DNA from: Vicugna vicugna
Taxonomy: Eukaryota
Length of the DNA: 20,000 nt
Assembly: GCA_013265495.1 (NCBI GenBank)
Contig: MU057416.1
Coordinates: 1,651,473 to 1,671,472, forward strand
Reading direction: 5' to 3'
In this document: positions 10,811 through 20,000 of the stretch, piece by piece
Layout of the letters: every line of letters starts with the position of its first letter
How positions within the stretch are numbered: position 1 is the stretch's first letter
Made by a program: the position numbers and the translations under genes
Notes under the pieces: generated by a model
What the model saw: the letters and a program-made list of their open reading frames with translations, nothing else
The model's database searches: none
What the model was told of the DNA's origin: nothing

Positions 10811-11914
10811 AGCGGGGTCGCCCCCACCGCCCCCAGGAGACGACGACGTTTGGGCGTCAGATTGAGAGGGGGAGCGGCGGTCTTCCCGGGTGTGCTGGGG
10901 TCGAGGCCAGGACTGGGGAAGTGGTGCTGAAGCCCACACACGCCAGGGGTCCCCGGGCAGCCCCGCCGGCATATGGGGGACGAGGTGCTGGGCTTTGATG
11001 GGCAGAAGCCGGGGGCGCAGGCCCGAGGTGACAGCTGCCTGTCTGGGAGGCTGTGGTTTGCCCCAGGAAGACGTGTCAGACAAGGGTGAGTAATCCAGCT
11101 CACCCTGCTCTGAAAATGACTGTCTCCGGTGCATGCCGCCCACCTCCCCCTCACTGCCGGCCTGTTCACCTTCACCCAAACTCCCCAAAACAAGCAGGTC
11201 GCCCTGGGCTGGGGCCGAGCCCACAGCGTCATGGCCCGAGCAGGTCCCGGGCTCGCTGAACTCTTCGCATCTTTTCAGCGTTGTTCCTGTTTGTTTCTGT
11301 TTCTAACAACCTGTGGCCTTAAATCTTCTCGGAGTTTCCCGAAACCGTGATCACCATAAAGAGAGAAGACGTCCTGTTCAGAGGCAACAACTTGGGATCC
11401 CCCACCCAAATTACAGTCCTCTTCACGTTCCTACCTCCTCCTCCCAGCCCTTCCCCGCCCTGCTCCTACCTCGCTGGGATCACCAGGCGCTCTGCTGTTC
11501 CTTCTTTCCCCCAGAACGCGCTGCAAGCGTTGTCTGTGCTGCCCCACAGGGGTCAGGGGGTCGCCTGAAGGCTCCCCTGTGGGGCAGCCTCAGCGAAGCT
11601 GGCATGGAACCCACAGGTGCCCGCCTGACGGTCAAGGTGCTGGCGCCGGCTCTGATCCACGTGCGCAGGGGACGCCTTTTCCACTGCGTGCAGGGCTGGT
11701 TTGAGCGTCAGCTCCAAGCCCCCTGCCACCGGCCTCCTCTGGGCCCCTGTCCTCGCTGTCTGGTGTGACCGCCAAGTCTCGTGGCCTCGCCCCTTTGAGA
11801 CGAAGCGCCCTCCCCTCTCCCGGGACAGCAGCAGCTTGGGGACAAAGCCCTTGGGAAGCAGCCCAGCAACCGAGCAGCCAAGTGCTCAGCAGCGATAACC
11901 CAGGCCCCAGAGGC

Positions 11915-12105
11915 GCGCACACTGGCCGCTCCCGGGGTTCGAGCCCCAGCCGGCTCCACACTGCCCTTGCCGTACCAGCCTCTTCTCACCTCTCAGTCCT
12001 CATCCTAAGACGGGGGTAACGCTCCTCATCACGAAGGGAACAGAAAAGGGTCAGCGTGCTGGGGACCGTCTGGCAAATTAAGCTTCATGTTTGCTGTAAT
12101 TATTG
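11915..12105 (+). mobile_element. Degenerate MIR SINE
   Basis: B-box-like ggggttcgagccccagc, core-like ctcagtcctcatcctaagacgggggtaac, and tail gtctggcaaattaagcttcatgtttgctgtaattatt. Confidence 0.55.
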
Positions 12106-12896
12106 GGGTTTAAAAAAACCAGTAAAGACAGTTGTTAAAAGCAATGGAGTCCCACCCTGGTTTTGGATTTCTTTCTCAACTTCACGGTCTCAATGCATTT
12201 TTCTTTTGCATTTCCTATGGGCCGGGCAGTGTGCAAGGCCACGGGGCTGCAGAAGTTAAAAAGGCTCCCAGTTCTCCAGACCAACCCCGACAGCCTGAGC
12301 CTCCACCCCGCACAGAGAAGGCTGGGGACTGTGGGCTCACCGGCATCGAGAACGGAGTAAAGCCACGTGGACCTCCAGTTGGGGTGAAGTGTTTTTCTTT
12401 CCCTTGTTCTTTTCCCTTGAAACTAAAAGGCATACGAAGCCTTCTGTCCTGTGACGCTGTCGCTTTTACACATCACGGGTCTCCAGGGTCAGCCCATCAC
12501 GGGACCCTTCAGTGACAGGCTATGAGCAGACCCAGGCGTTCTGTCTCTCTGGGCTGGGAGCGTCCCGCAGAGCCCAGGGCGTTCCCTGCAGTGAGCAGGG
12601 CGGAGAGCCGTCCACGGGATGGCTCTGCTGAGGCGCTGCGCCCCGCGCCCGACGCTGGGCCGCCCGCGCGGCCCCGCCAGCCCAGAGAGCCCGGGCCCCG
12701 GGGTCGGGGGCCCAGCCTGTTCTCCGGAGACTTACCTAGTTTATCGCTCTTTGAAAATGTTTCAGATCTTTCATGAAACACATTCAGCAAATGGCTACAA
12801 GCTCCTTTCAAAGGAAACCCCAGCCTTTTCCTAAGTCCAGTGCTTATGTTCTCATTTTAACTGAGGTCATCTTTCTAATTCAGAAGCTGTGTTCCT

Positions 12897-13031
12897 GGGA
12901 GGAGGGCCCGCTCAGCGCTGGGGCGCGTGCTCAGCAGGCACGAGGTCCCCAGTGCCTCCACTGAAGTAAATACATAGGCGAATAAATAAACCTAATTATC
13001 TCCTCCCCTCCCCCCAAAAAGCAAAACAAAA
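12897..13031 (+). mobile_element. tRNA-derived SINE resembling camelid Vic-1, with B-box deleted
   Basis: The head gggaggaggg..gctcag..gcgcgtgctcagcaggcacgaggtcc is tRNA-Ala-like. It is followed by ccccagtgcctcca, then aataaataaacctaattatctcctcccc and an A-rich tail, matching the camelid SINE as I recall it. Degenerate flanking duplication aagctgtgttc / aaactgttc. Confidence 0.75.
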
Positions 13032-14329
13032 CTGTTCTTTTTGAATACCACGCCTGGAGGTTAAGCTGATGTTAAAACGGTCTGCAATAAAAAAAATCAG
13101 CTGAAGTCATTTAATCATTTAGAGTGCATCCTATAAAAGTAAGTTTCGGAAATTTAAGAGAATTGTGTTTTGCACACCTTCTGTTATGCCATGTAAATTC
13201 CTTTCTTCATATGATTAAAGAAAGGTTATGATAAAATGATGGGCTAATTTACAGTCACTTGTAGCAATAACATGAGAATTTGAATTTTGGGTTTGTTCAC
13301 TCCTGTGAATGATGCTAAAGTTAGGTGAAATTTTCTTTCATGGTCCCCAAACTCACCATTTGGTCCTCTTTAATTTTTCAGGAGGGCTCAGTAAAAACTG
13401 TTCACTCAAAAATAACAACACAAAAGGCTGCAAGCATGTATCCACGAGTTAAAAATGAAAGGCTCAGAGCAGAACAGTCCACACACACACTCAACCATGC
13501 CGCCCTCCCTGCGAGCTGGCCCACCGGCAGGAGGCCAGAGAGAGACGGACAGACTACCTCAGGTCTGCAAGTGAAGCCACGCGTCAGGCCGCTTCACGGA
13601 CGCTTTTGGACACTGACGAGCCTGTCTCTCTGGGTCCCGCGCTGAGAAGCCACAGGCGCCCTGTGCTCTCAGACGCTAACCCAGGGCGCACAGCTCAGCA
13701 GAGCTCGCCGAGGGCCCCCCAGCATGTGGCATAAACAGGGAGGCTATTGTCAAATATAGCAAAGCAGTGTGGGCGTCTTCTGGGGGTTTTCATGTTTCAC
13801 AGTCTAGGTGTGGAAGACAGCTCACTAAGAAGGCAGTGGCTCACATCGTATGAAGTTTATTGCTTTTTAAGAGAAAAAATTATTTGAAGTAGACATAGAA
13901 AGTCTCCTGCTGCAACGTCTCATAAAATAACCGAGCCAGGCCACCGTCCTGGGTGTCTGTCAGAGGGGCGGACCCGAAGATCCCGGGGCGGGCGCCGATG
14001 GGAGCTGGGCGGCAGCCAGATGGTGGCACGTCACCTCACAGGTCACGTCCAGTGACAAAGGGGAACAGCCTGCTGGTGGAGGGTCGCAAGCACCCGGAAC
14101 CCCCGCTAACCCCACATCACTGTCAGAGGAGCCACCACAGGCGAGGGGGGTGGAACGCCCAGTACCACCTGTGAGGTGTTCTTGCTAAATACAGACGCCA
14201 GAATCTCTAGTCTAAGCCTTTGCAACTAACTTCAGGAAGTGCAGGGTTAGGAGCAAGTGAAATGCACGGTGAGGAGGCCTCGGGTGGAACACCGAGTGTA
14301 GGACGTTGCAAGAGGCCACTAACCTGGTT

Positions 14330-14740
14330 TCTGAAAATGACAGACATGATTTTAAAAATCGGGGTGGAGGGCAGAAGGCCATGTGTAGACCTTACTGGAC
14401 GCAGATACAAACAGACCAGCTTTGAAAGACAGTGCTGGGGAGCCGGGAACTTTGAGTGGACTTGGTATTAGGTGACATTAAGAGTTATGGTGTGAATGCC
14501 ACATGATCATGTGAGAAAAACGCCCAGTCTCTTTTCCAGAGATGTACTCTGCAACAGAGACGTGACCGGTCACCAGGTCACCAGAATCCTCTTTCAAACA
14601 TTTCACTAAAGAAAAGGTCATCTGTGGAAACACGGGGACATGCGAACAATCACTACGTTTAGGTGGTGGAGCACGGGATTCCACGCCACTCCACTTGACT
14701 TCTGCTGTTAGAAAGGTTTCATAATAAAAAGTTTTAAGCT
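14330..14740 (+). mobile_element. Old LINE-1 3' UTR fragment (L1MC/L1ME-like)
   Basis: tggacttggtattaggtgacattaagagtt and the terminus tttcataataaaaagttttaa are typical of L1MC4/L1ME3 3' ends. Confidence 0.65.
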
Positions 14741-15427
14741 ATTTAATTACAGAAATTGCACATATATACGGAATACGTTTTCATGGCCAGAAGTTCTCAT
14801 TCCCTCTGCCCCCCGTCCTGAGCCCAGGCCCCTTCCCAGAAGTAACCACAGTTACCCCTGGCCGCTCCATGGAGCTGGCTTTCCCCCCACTTCCCCCCCG
14901 AGAGTGATCAAAGCACCTAGAACACGCTGGTGAGTGCATTTACGCACAAACAAATGAAAACGCATTGCGTGAGTCGCCCGGCCGCGGACGAGGGTGGGGG
15001 GCAGGAGGGCTCTGAGGGACGTCTGAAGGGGTCACACGTAGCTGGGTCCATGGGCCATTTCAACTGCTTTAAACAGCATCTGACCTCAATTTAAACCAGC
15101 CTCCCTCCAAAACAGGTTCCCTTCGCATCACCCTGAGTAGGTTAAGAGACGCCAAGGGTATGAGGCACTAATTTCTTTTCAGTTACCCTGGTGCCAAGGA
15201 CACAGACCCGTGGCCTGGCCACAGCAGGGGGTTGGCCTTTTGAAGCTTCGAGCTGCTAAAACCACAGGAAGTAAAACTTGGTCGCCAGTACACAGGTTTG
15301 GAACATGAAAGATACAATTATCATGCAGAAATATTATTATTTTCCTGAGAACTGGGGCATGAGAAAGAAGAAAAACCTTTTTTTTTAAGATGAGGGTTGT
15401 GGGAAAAAAACACCTTTTAAAAAAACC

Positions 15428-15570
15428 TTTTATTGGGAGCTTACTGTGTGCGATTCCAGTACCCTCACCCCAGCCACACACGTGGGCCCTGTCTCCCCCA
15501 TTTTACAGATGACGAGACTGAGGCTGTTTGTCTGATTCCAAAGCACATATTCTTAACGTCTCTCCTAAAT
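15428..15570 (-). mobile_element. MIR SINE fragment
   Basis: ttattgggagcttactgtgtgc followed by ccccattttacagatgacgagactgaggct. Confidence 0.75.
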
Positions 15571-16009
15571 TCTCTGCCTGAGCCACTCAACATGCAAGGC
15601 CCCAGGCGGATCAGGTGCTATTTTAAAGGGCACCTCCAGCCCAGGACTTTAAGAAGGGCGTCCTGACCATAATCCAGGCCTGGCCAGAGCAGCCCCCGCC
15701 ACCATCTCTCCTGCCAGCTGCCCCGTCTTCAGCCCTCAGGGTCCTGAGGACCAGGATCTGCTCCCCCTCAACCCCGCGATTCTCCACCCCACAGCCCCAC
15801 GGAGGGCCTGGAGCTGCCTCGCACCTGGGTGTCGTCTGGGTCTAGATGCTCATCTCCGCCTCAGAGGAAAGACCCCCAAACGCCTGCGTCCCCTGCTTTG
15901 GTGTTTAAAAGGCATTTGTCTTTGCAGTTGTACTATTTTTAACACAATTCACGGCCTTTCCTTAAAGTTTCCAACTGGGTCTCCAGAAAGAAAAGAGAGA
16001 CCAGCCAGA

Positions 16010-16450
16010 GAGGCCAGGGCGGTGGGGCCGGCTGGACACGCAGACCCACGGAAGACAGAAAGGGGACAGGGGCTGGGGCTGGCGGGGTCCAGGCCCCGCA
16101 GCAGCCGCGGGCAGCGAGGCAGAGCCCGGCTGGACCAGAGCCCAGGACCCGCTGGCTGTTCACCGCTTTCTCCCTCCCGGCGCGTGGAGACTCGAGGGCC
16201 CGCCGGGCACTGTCGCCCCCTGGTGGCGGCGGCGGGGGAGCAGGGCCTGGGGAAGGGGGGCGAGCTCCGTGCAGGCGGCACTCCGTCCAGCAGCCCTGCT
16301 GCCGGGATGGAGCGGCTGGAGAGGAAGGGGAGGAGGAAGACAGGAGGGGCAGGAGAAAGAAGAGAAGAAAGAGGTTAGGCGGGGAGGGGGCGGGGCGGGA
16401 CCCTAAACTCTGCAGAGAGACCAGTGAGAACCGCCGGCCTGGAGGTTGCT
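16010..16450. promoter_or_regulatory. CpG-rich promoter-like island (probably upstream promoter of the next gene, INAVA by synteny)
   Basis: Dense CpG, tandem GC boxes GGGGCGGGGCGGG at 16387-16399 and a CTCF motif. The gene assignment rests only on the recalled human order CAMSAP2-GPR25-INAVA. Confidence 0.55.
16211..16229 (-). promoter_or_regulatory. CTCF motif
   Basis: The minus strand reads CCGCCACCAGGGGGCGACA, a near-perfect match to the core CCASYAGRKGGCRS. Confidence 0.7.
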
Positions 16451-17239
16451 GGCACTCTCCTGCCTCACGCTCAGGAGTCTGAGCCCCGGTGATGGGTCAG
16501 CCCTGCCCTCCAAGCAGCTCTGACTCCTGTCCGGCCCCAGGGTCGGGGTGCCCTTCTCCGGAGAAGAGGTTGAGTGAAGCCCCCTGGCTTGACCCCCGAA
16601 TCGGGTGTCCGCACTTCACAGAGCTACTCACCAGCCTGCGGCCCAGCCTGCGCCCTCGGGAGGGTTCTGGCGACAGAGGCGGAGGCCCGGGCAGTGCCCC
16701 TCCTGCACCTGCCCCACCGCAGGATGTGGTCAGGAGAGGATGCAGGGCCTCCGCTCGAGTCACCCTGGAGTTTCCCAAGAGCTGGCGAGGGCATCGACAG
16801 GGCACCGTCGGGCCTCAGAATCACCGCGCTCTGCCTGTCTGCCCTGGAGCAGGGGAAGGGAGGGGTTGGGCCAGGAGCCTCACCCTCCACTGGGCCCCAG
16901 GGCCAGAGGAGTCGAGTCCCAGGGACCAGGGCAGGGAAAGCCCCCTCCACTGGGGGGGGGCTGGTGTTCAGCGTGCAGACAGGCCACTGCCCAGCCACCA
17001 GAAGTCCATCTGCTGGCCCTTCAGCCAAAGGGAAGGAGAGGGGGTGACCAGACCGGGGCTTGGTGGTCTCTCCCGAGCTGCACCCTCCCTCCATTCCCTC
17101 TGCAGTGAGCCAGTCAGTTCCCAGAGGGACTCAGCTTCTGCTCCCAGGACACCTGCTTCCAAGCCCAGTGTCTTCAGATGCCTGGGGCCTCCTGCCCAAG
17201 CCAGTTCCAGCTCTGGGCTCCGTGAGGCTGCCGGACTTG

Positions 17240-17540
17240 GAGCAGCACCTCACACGACAGCCCAAGGGACCTAGACATGTTTTGCCTGATTCAGTTGAAT
17301 TTGTAGTAAAGTAACCGAAGGTGTAACAATCAGATTTCACATGAAAAACCTGAATTTCCAGGTTTTGTTTTTAAAATAGAAGCCCTCCACCCTAGAAAAT
17401 AAACAAATAAAAATTAAAAAATAAATAAAATAGAACCCTTTTTCTTGTGGCCACATTTGCAGTGACAGCCCCCTTGAGACAGAGCCTGAGTCTTAGGATT
17501 TGCCATGGTCTCCACCAGCCCCTCCATGCTCACCCCATGC
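17240..17540. mobile_element. Probable hAT-Charlie DNA transposon relic (MER102-like)
   Basis: agatttcacatgaaaaacctgaatttccagg and cagcccccttgagacagagcctg..tttgccatggtctccacca resemble the recalled MER102 sequence. Confidence 0.55.
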
Positions 17541-17654
17541 ACTGCACACACGGAGGCCGGGTAGAGGCTGCCGTGACCGGGCTGGAATAGACCCTAGAAC
17601 TCTTGTGCCTTCACTTGCCCTGCCTGGTCCCTTTAAGTGTCTGAAGCTTCAGCC

Positions 17655-17795
17655 ACAGGTCAAGGCTGTGGAATCGGAAAGGTCTACCTTCCAATCCCAC
17701 ATTAGTCCCTGCTTATGTGCTTTTATCCCAATTATTTGCTTCTGCAGGCCTCAGTTTCCTTATCTGTAAAGAAGATAACAGTATTGCTACAAAGC
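17655..17795 (+). mobile_element. MIR SINE
   Basis: ggctgtggaatcggaaag..ggcctcagtttccttatctgtaaagaagataacagta matches the MIR head and core. Confidence 0.8.
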
Positions 17796-18429
17796 TCAAC
17801 CTACAAACTCAGTTTCACAAGACACATGTTACTTTCTTTTAAATCAGTTTGATTCTGTCCTGGGCCTGCTGGGATGGCAAAAAATTATTTTCTCATGTAG
17901 AATTCTGGAAGGCTTGGGGGCCCAGAAAGCAGGGCTTCTCTCTAGGGCTGCCATCCTAGTTGCTCTGGCCCCCAGGGGTCTCTTGTAGGCAGGGCTCCTG
18001 CCTCCTGGACACGTGTGATGCCAGAATCTGGGGCCGAAACCTGGGGCCCTGCTCCCCTCTCCCATCCCTGCTGAGGCCTTGCCCCTCCCGAGGCCACAGG
18101 AAGTGGTGCGGGGTCCTGGCTGCCCAGGGCACCCACCATCTTCTCTCCCGTTCCTGGTCCACCTCACCTCTGTTTCCAGGCCCTCAAAAACCACATTCCT
18201 GCCCTTGCCCCTCAGGACTGACCCCAGCATTGTCTCAGTGGACTCTGGGCTGAGGCCTACAGGAAGCCGCTGCCTCCCAACCAGAGGAATGGTAGGGGTG
18301 AGTGGGAGGGGGAAGGGACAGAAATCAATATTTCAGTCAATTATTCAATTGCATGAAAAAGAGTAATGCTTACCTTCAAAGGTACTTTATGCTCTGTCCA
18401 CCCCTTAAGTGTTCCCAGAAGTTCCTTTC

Positions 18430-18845
18430 TTGGTCCTATCTCCTTCTGCACACCCTTCTTGGGTGACCTCACCCAGTCCCTGAGCCTTAGCTCTGCTGTC
18501 ACTCCCAAACCCTTCCTCCAGCCAGACACCCATGTCCTAAAGTGAACACACCTCACCCTGGACTCAAGCCAGAGACCCAGGAAGCACCTCCCCTTCCTCT
18601 CTGCCCTGTCTTCAGTCACTTTCAGAGCCAGGCCAGGTCTTCCTCCCAGATAACTCTTCATGCCTCTGCCCCCTCCCTCCCCTCCAGCCCGAATGCCACG
18701 TGAATTCAGGCTCTGTCACTGCTGGCCAGGATTACTGTCTCTCCTTGGTCCCCCTGTTTCTCAGCTCTCCCCCTCCAATAGCTCACACACCCACGTGGCC
18801 GAAAGGTGGAGTCTGCCCAAGTTGTTCCTGGATGCGGTCTTCATC
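18430..18845 (+). mobile_element. Degenerate L2, 5' piece (interrupted by MLT2)
   Basis: tgggtgacctcacccagtccc, ctcaagccagagacccagga, ggattactg and ctccccctccaat resemble L2 ORF2 motifs in the expected order. Confidence 0.6.
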
Positions 18846-18848
18846 ATT

Positions 18849-19285
18849 CGATGGTTAATTTAATGTGTCGACTTGGTTAGGCCATAGTACCCAGTGTTTG
18901 GTCAAATGTTATTCCAGATGTTTCTGTGAAGGTTTGTTTGTGAGGTTTTTTTTTTTGATGATGATGAAATTAACATTTAAATAAAGAGTAGACTCTGAGT
19001 GAAGGAGATAACCTTTCAGAATGTGAGTGGGCCACATCCAATCAGTTGAAGACCTGAATAAAAGAAAAAAACCCTACTGACTTCTGATAAAGATGGAATT
19101 CTACAAGCAGGCAGCCTTTGGACTCGGACTGCAACTTTTCCCTGGGTCTCCAGCCTGTGGACCTGTCAGCCTTTTGAATAGGGTGAACCAATTCCTGTCT
19201 CTCTATATATGTAGACACACACACATTCACACATACACAGAGCAGAGAGGGATCTGCTACTGGTTCTGTTTCCCCAGAGCATCTC
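18849..19285 (+). mobile_element. MLT2-family (ERVL) solo LTR
   Basis: gatggttaatttaatgtgtcgacttggttaggcc, tttggtcaaa, atccaatcagttgaagacctgaata, cctgggtctccagcctg, a TC/TA/CA simple tract and tggttctgtttcccc are all MLT2 hallmarks. Confidence 0.88.
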
Positions 19286-19289
19286 TTCA

Positions 19290-19855
19290 ATTTCAGGATA
19301 AAAATCTTAGATCCTTAGCTAACCCACAGGGCTCCTCAGCCAAGTTAGCTTACCCAGCGCCTCTGGACAAATTGGAAAAAGCCACTGCCTCTAGGCACAT
19401 GTGGCTCTGGCAGAAATCCACACGGCTTGGTGGGCGGAGCCCGGGTGAGCTTTCCCTCTTAGTTTGGTGCACAACCTGGACAACCACACAGGGCGGCTCT
19501 GCCTCCTGCCGGCCCCTGGCTGGCCGCTGCAGCCTCACCACTCTTCCTCTCCTAGCCCCACATTCCTCAGCTCCTGGAACCTCCTGAGCTCCTTCGCCAC
19601 TTGGCCTTTGTACATCCGGTCACTGCTGCGTTGGGTTCCTCCTCACCGCCCTGCCAAGGCCTCCTCTGGGCAGTTCTCGGCCTGGGTCCCGTTGGCCTGT
19701 CTTCTCTGATACTGCTGCTGAGTGATTGCTCGGGGATCCCCACGGCCCTTGAACTTTGATCCGCCGCCAGGCCGGGCACTAGTAGGCGCTCAGTCAGTCT
19801 CTACTGAACAAGTGAGAGCGGGGCGGCGTTTCAGTTGGGTGAGTGAATGAATGAC
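19290..19855 (+). mobile_element. Degenerate L2, 3' piece
   Basis: ggcctttgtacat and the terminus gggcactagtaggcgctcag..gtgagtgaatgaatga. Confidence 0.6.
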
Positions 19856-20000
19856 GGGCGGGGCGCGGGGCGCGCGGTCCGCAGCAGGAGGCGCCCCCTG
19901 CCACCCCCTGGAGCGCGCGCCTCCCTCTCCCGCCTGGTCCGCCAGCTCCGGAGGAGGCCGGGCGGGGCCGCAGGGAGTCCAGGGGACTGGGGGGCCGCGG
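19855..20000. promoter_or_regulatory. Start of a CpG island/promoter running off the window (probably INAVA)
   Basis: Dense CpG, GC boxes (GGGCGGGG at 19856 and about 19960) and partial CTCF-like motifs at 19880-19913. Gene identity by synteny only. Confidence 0.6.

Noticed and set aside
12897..12960. Possible tRNA gene
   Set aside because: B-box/T-arm is missing and a SINE-type tail follows.
16489..17274. 261-aa ORF as a possible INAVA first coding exon
   Set aside because: No convincing similarity to the INAVA N-terminus as I recall it; composition is that of random GC-rich DNA.
1..20000. CRISPR array, operon or other prokaryote-type system
   Set aside because: No regularly spaced repeats or dense gene packing; gene and repeat content are mammalian.

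Overview
This is GC-rich, CpG-rich eutherian mammal genomic DNA. It contains one supportable protein-coding gene: the intronless class A GPCR GPR25 (4460-5566, +, 368 aa), in a CpG island, with a likely polyA signal at 6380. The rest is intergenic DNA with old repeats (L1ME-type, L2, MIR, two MLT2 ERVL solo LTRs, a probable MER102), a compound CT microsatellite, and one tRNA-derived SINE that resembles camelid Vic-1, so the host is probably a camelid. GC-box/CTCF-rich islands at about 16.0-16.45 kb and from 19.85 kb are probably promoters of the downstream neighbour (INAVA in human synteny). I found no new multi-gene system. The most unusual signal is extreme AT-to-GC drift: 353 consecutive GPR25 codons end in G/C, amino acids shift toward Gly/Ala/Arg/Pro (including Arg and Pro in TM4), and neutral repeats are GC-shifted. 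All comparisons with human proteins and repeat consensus sequences are from memory, and repeat boundaries are approximate.
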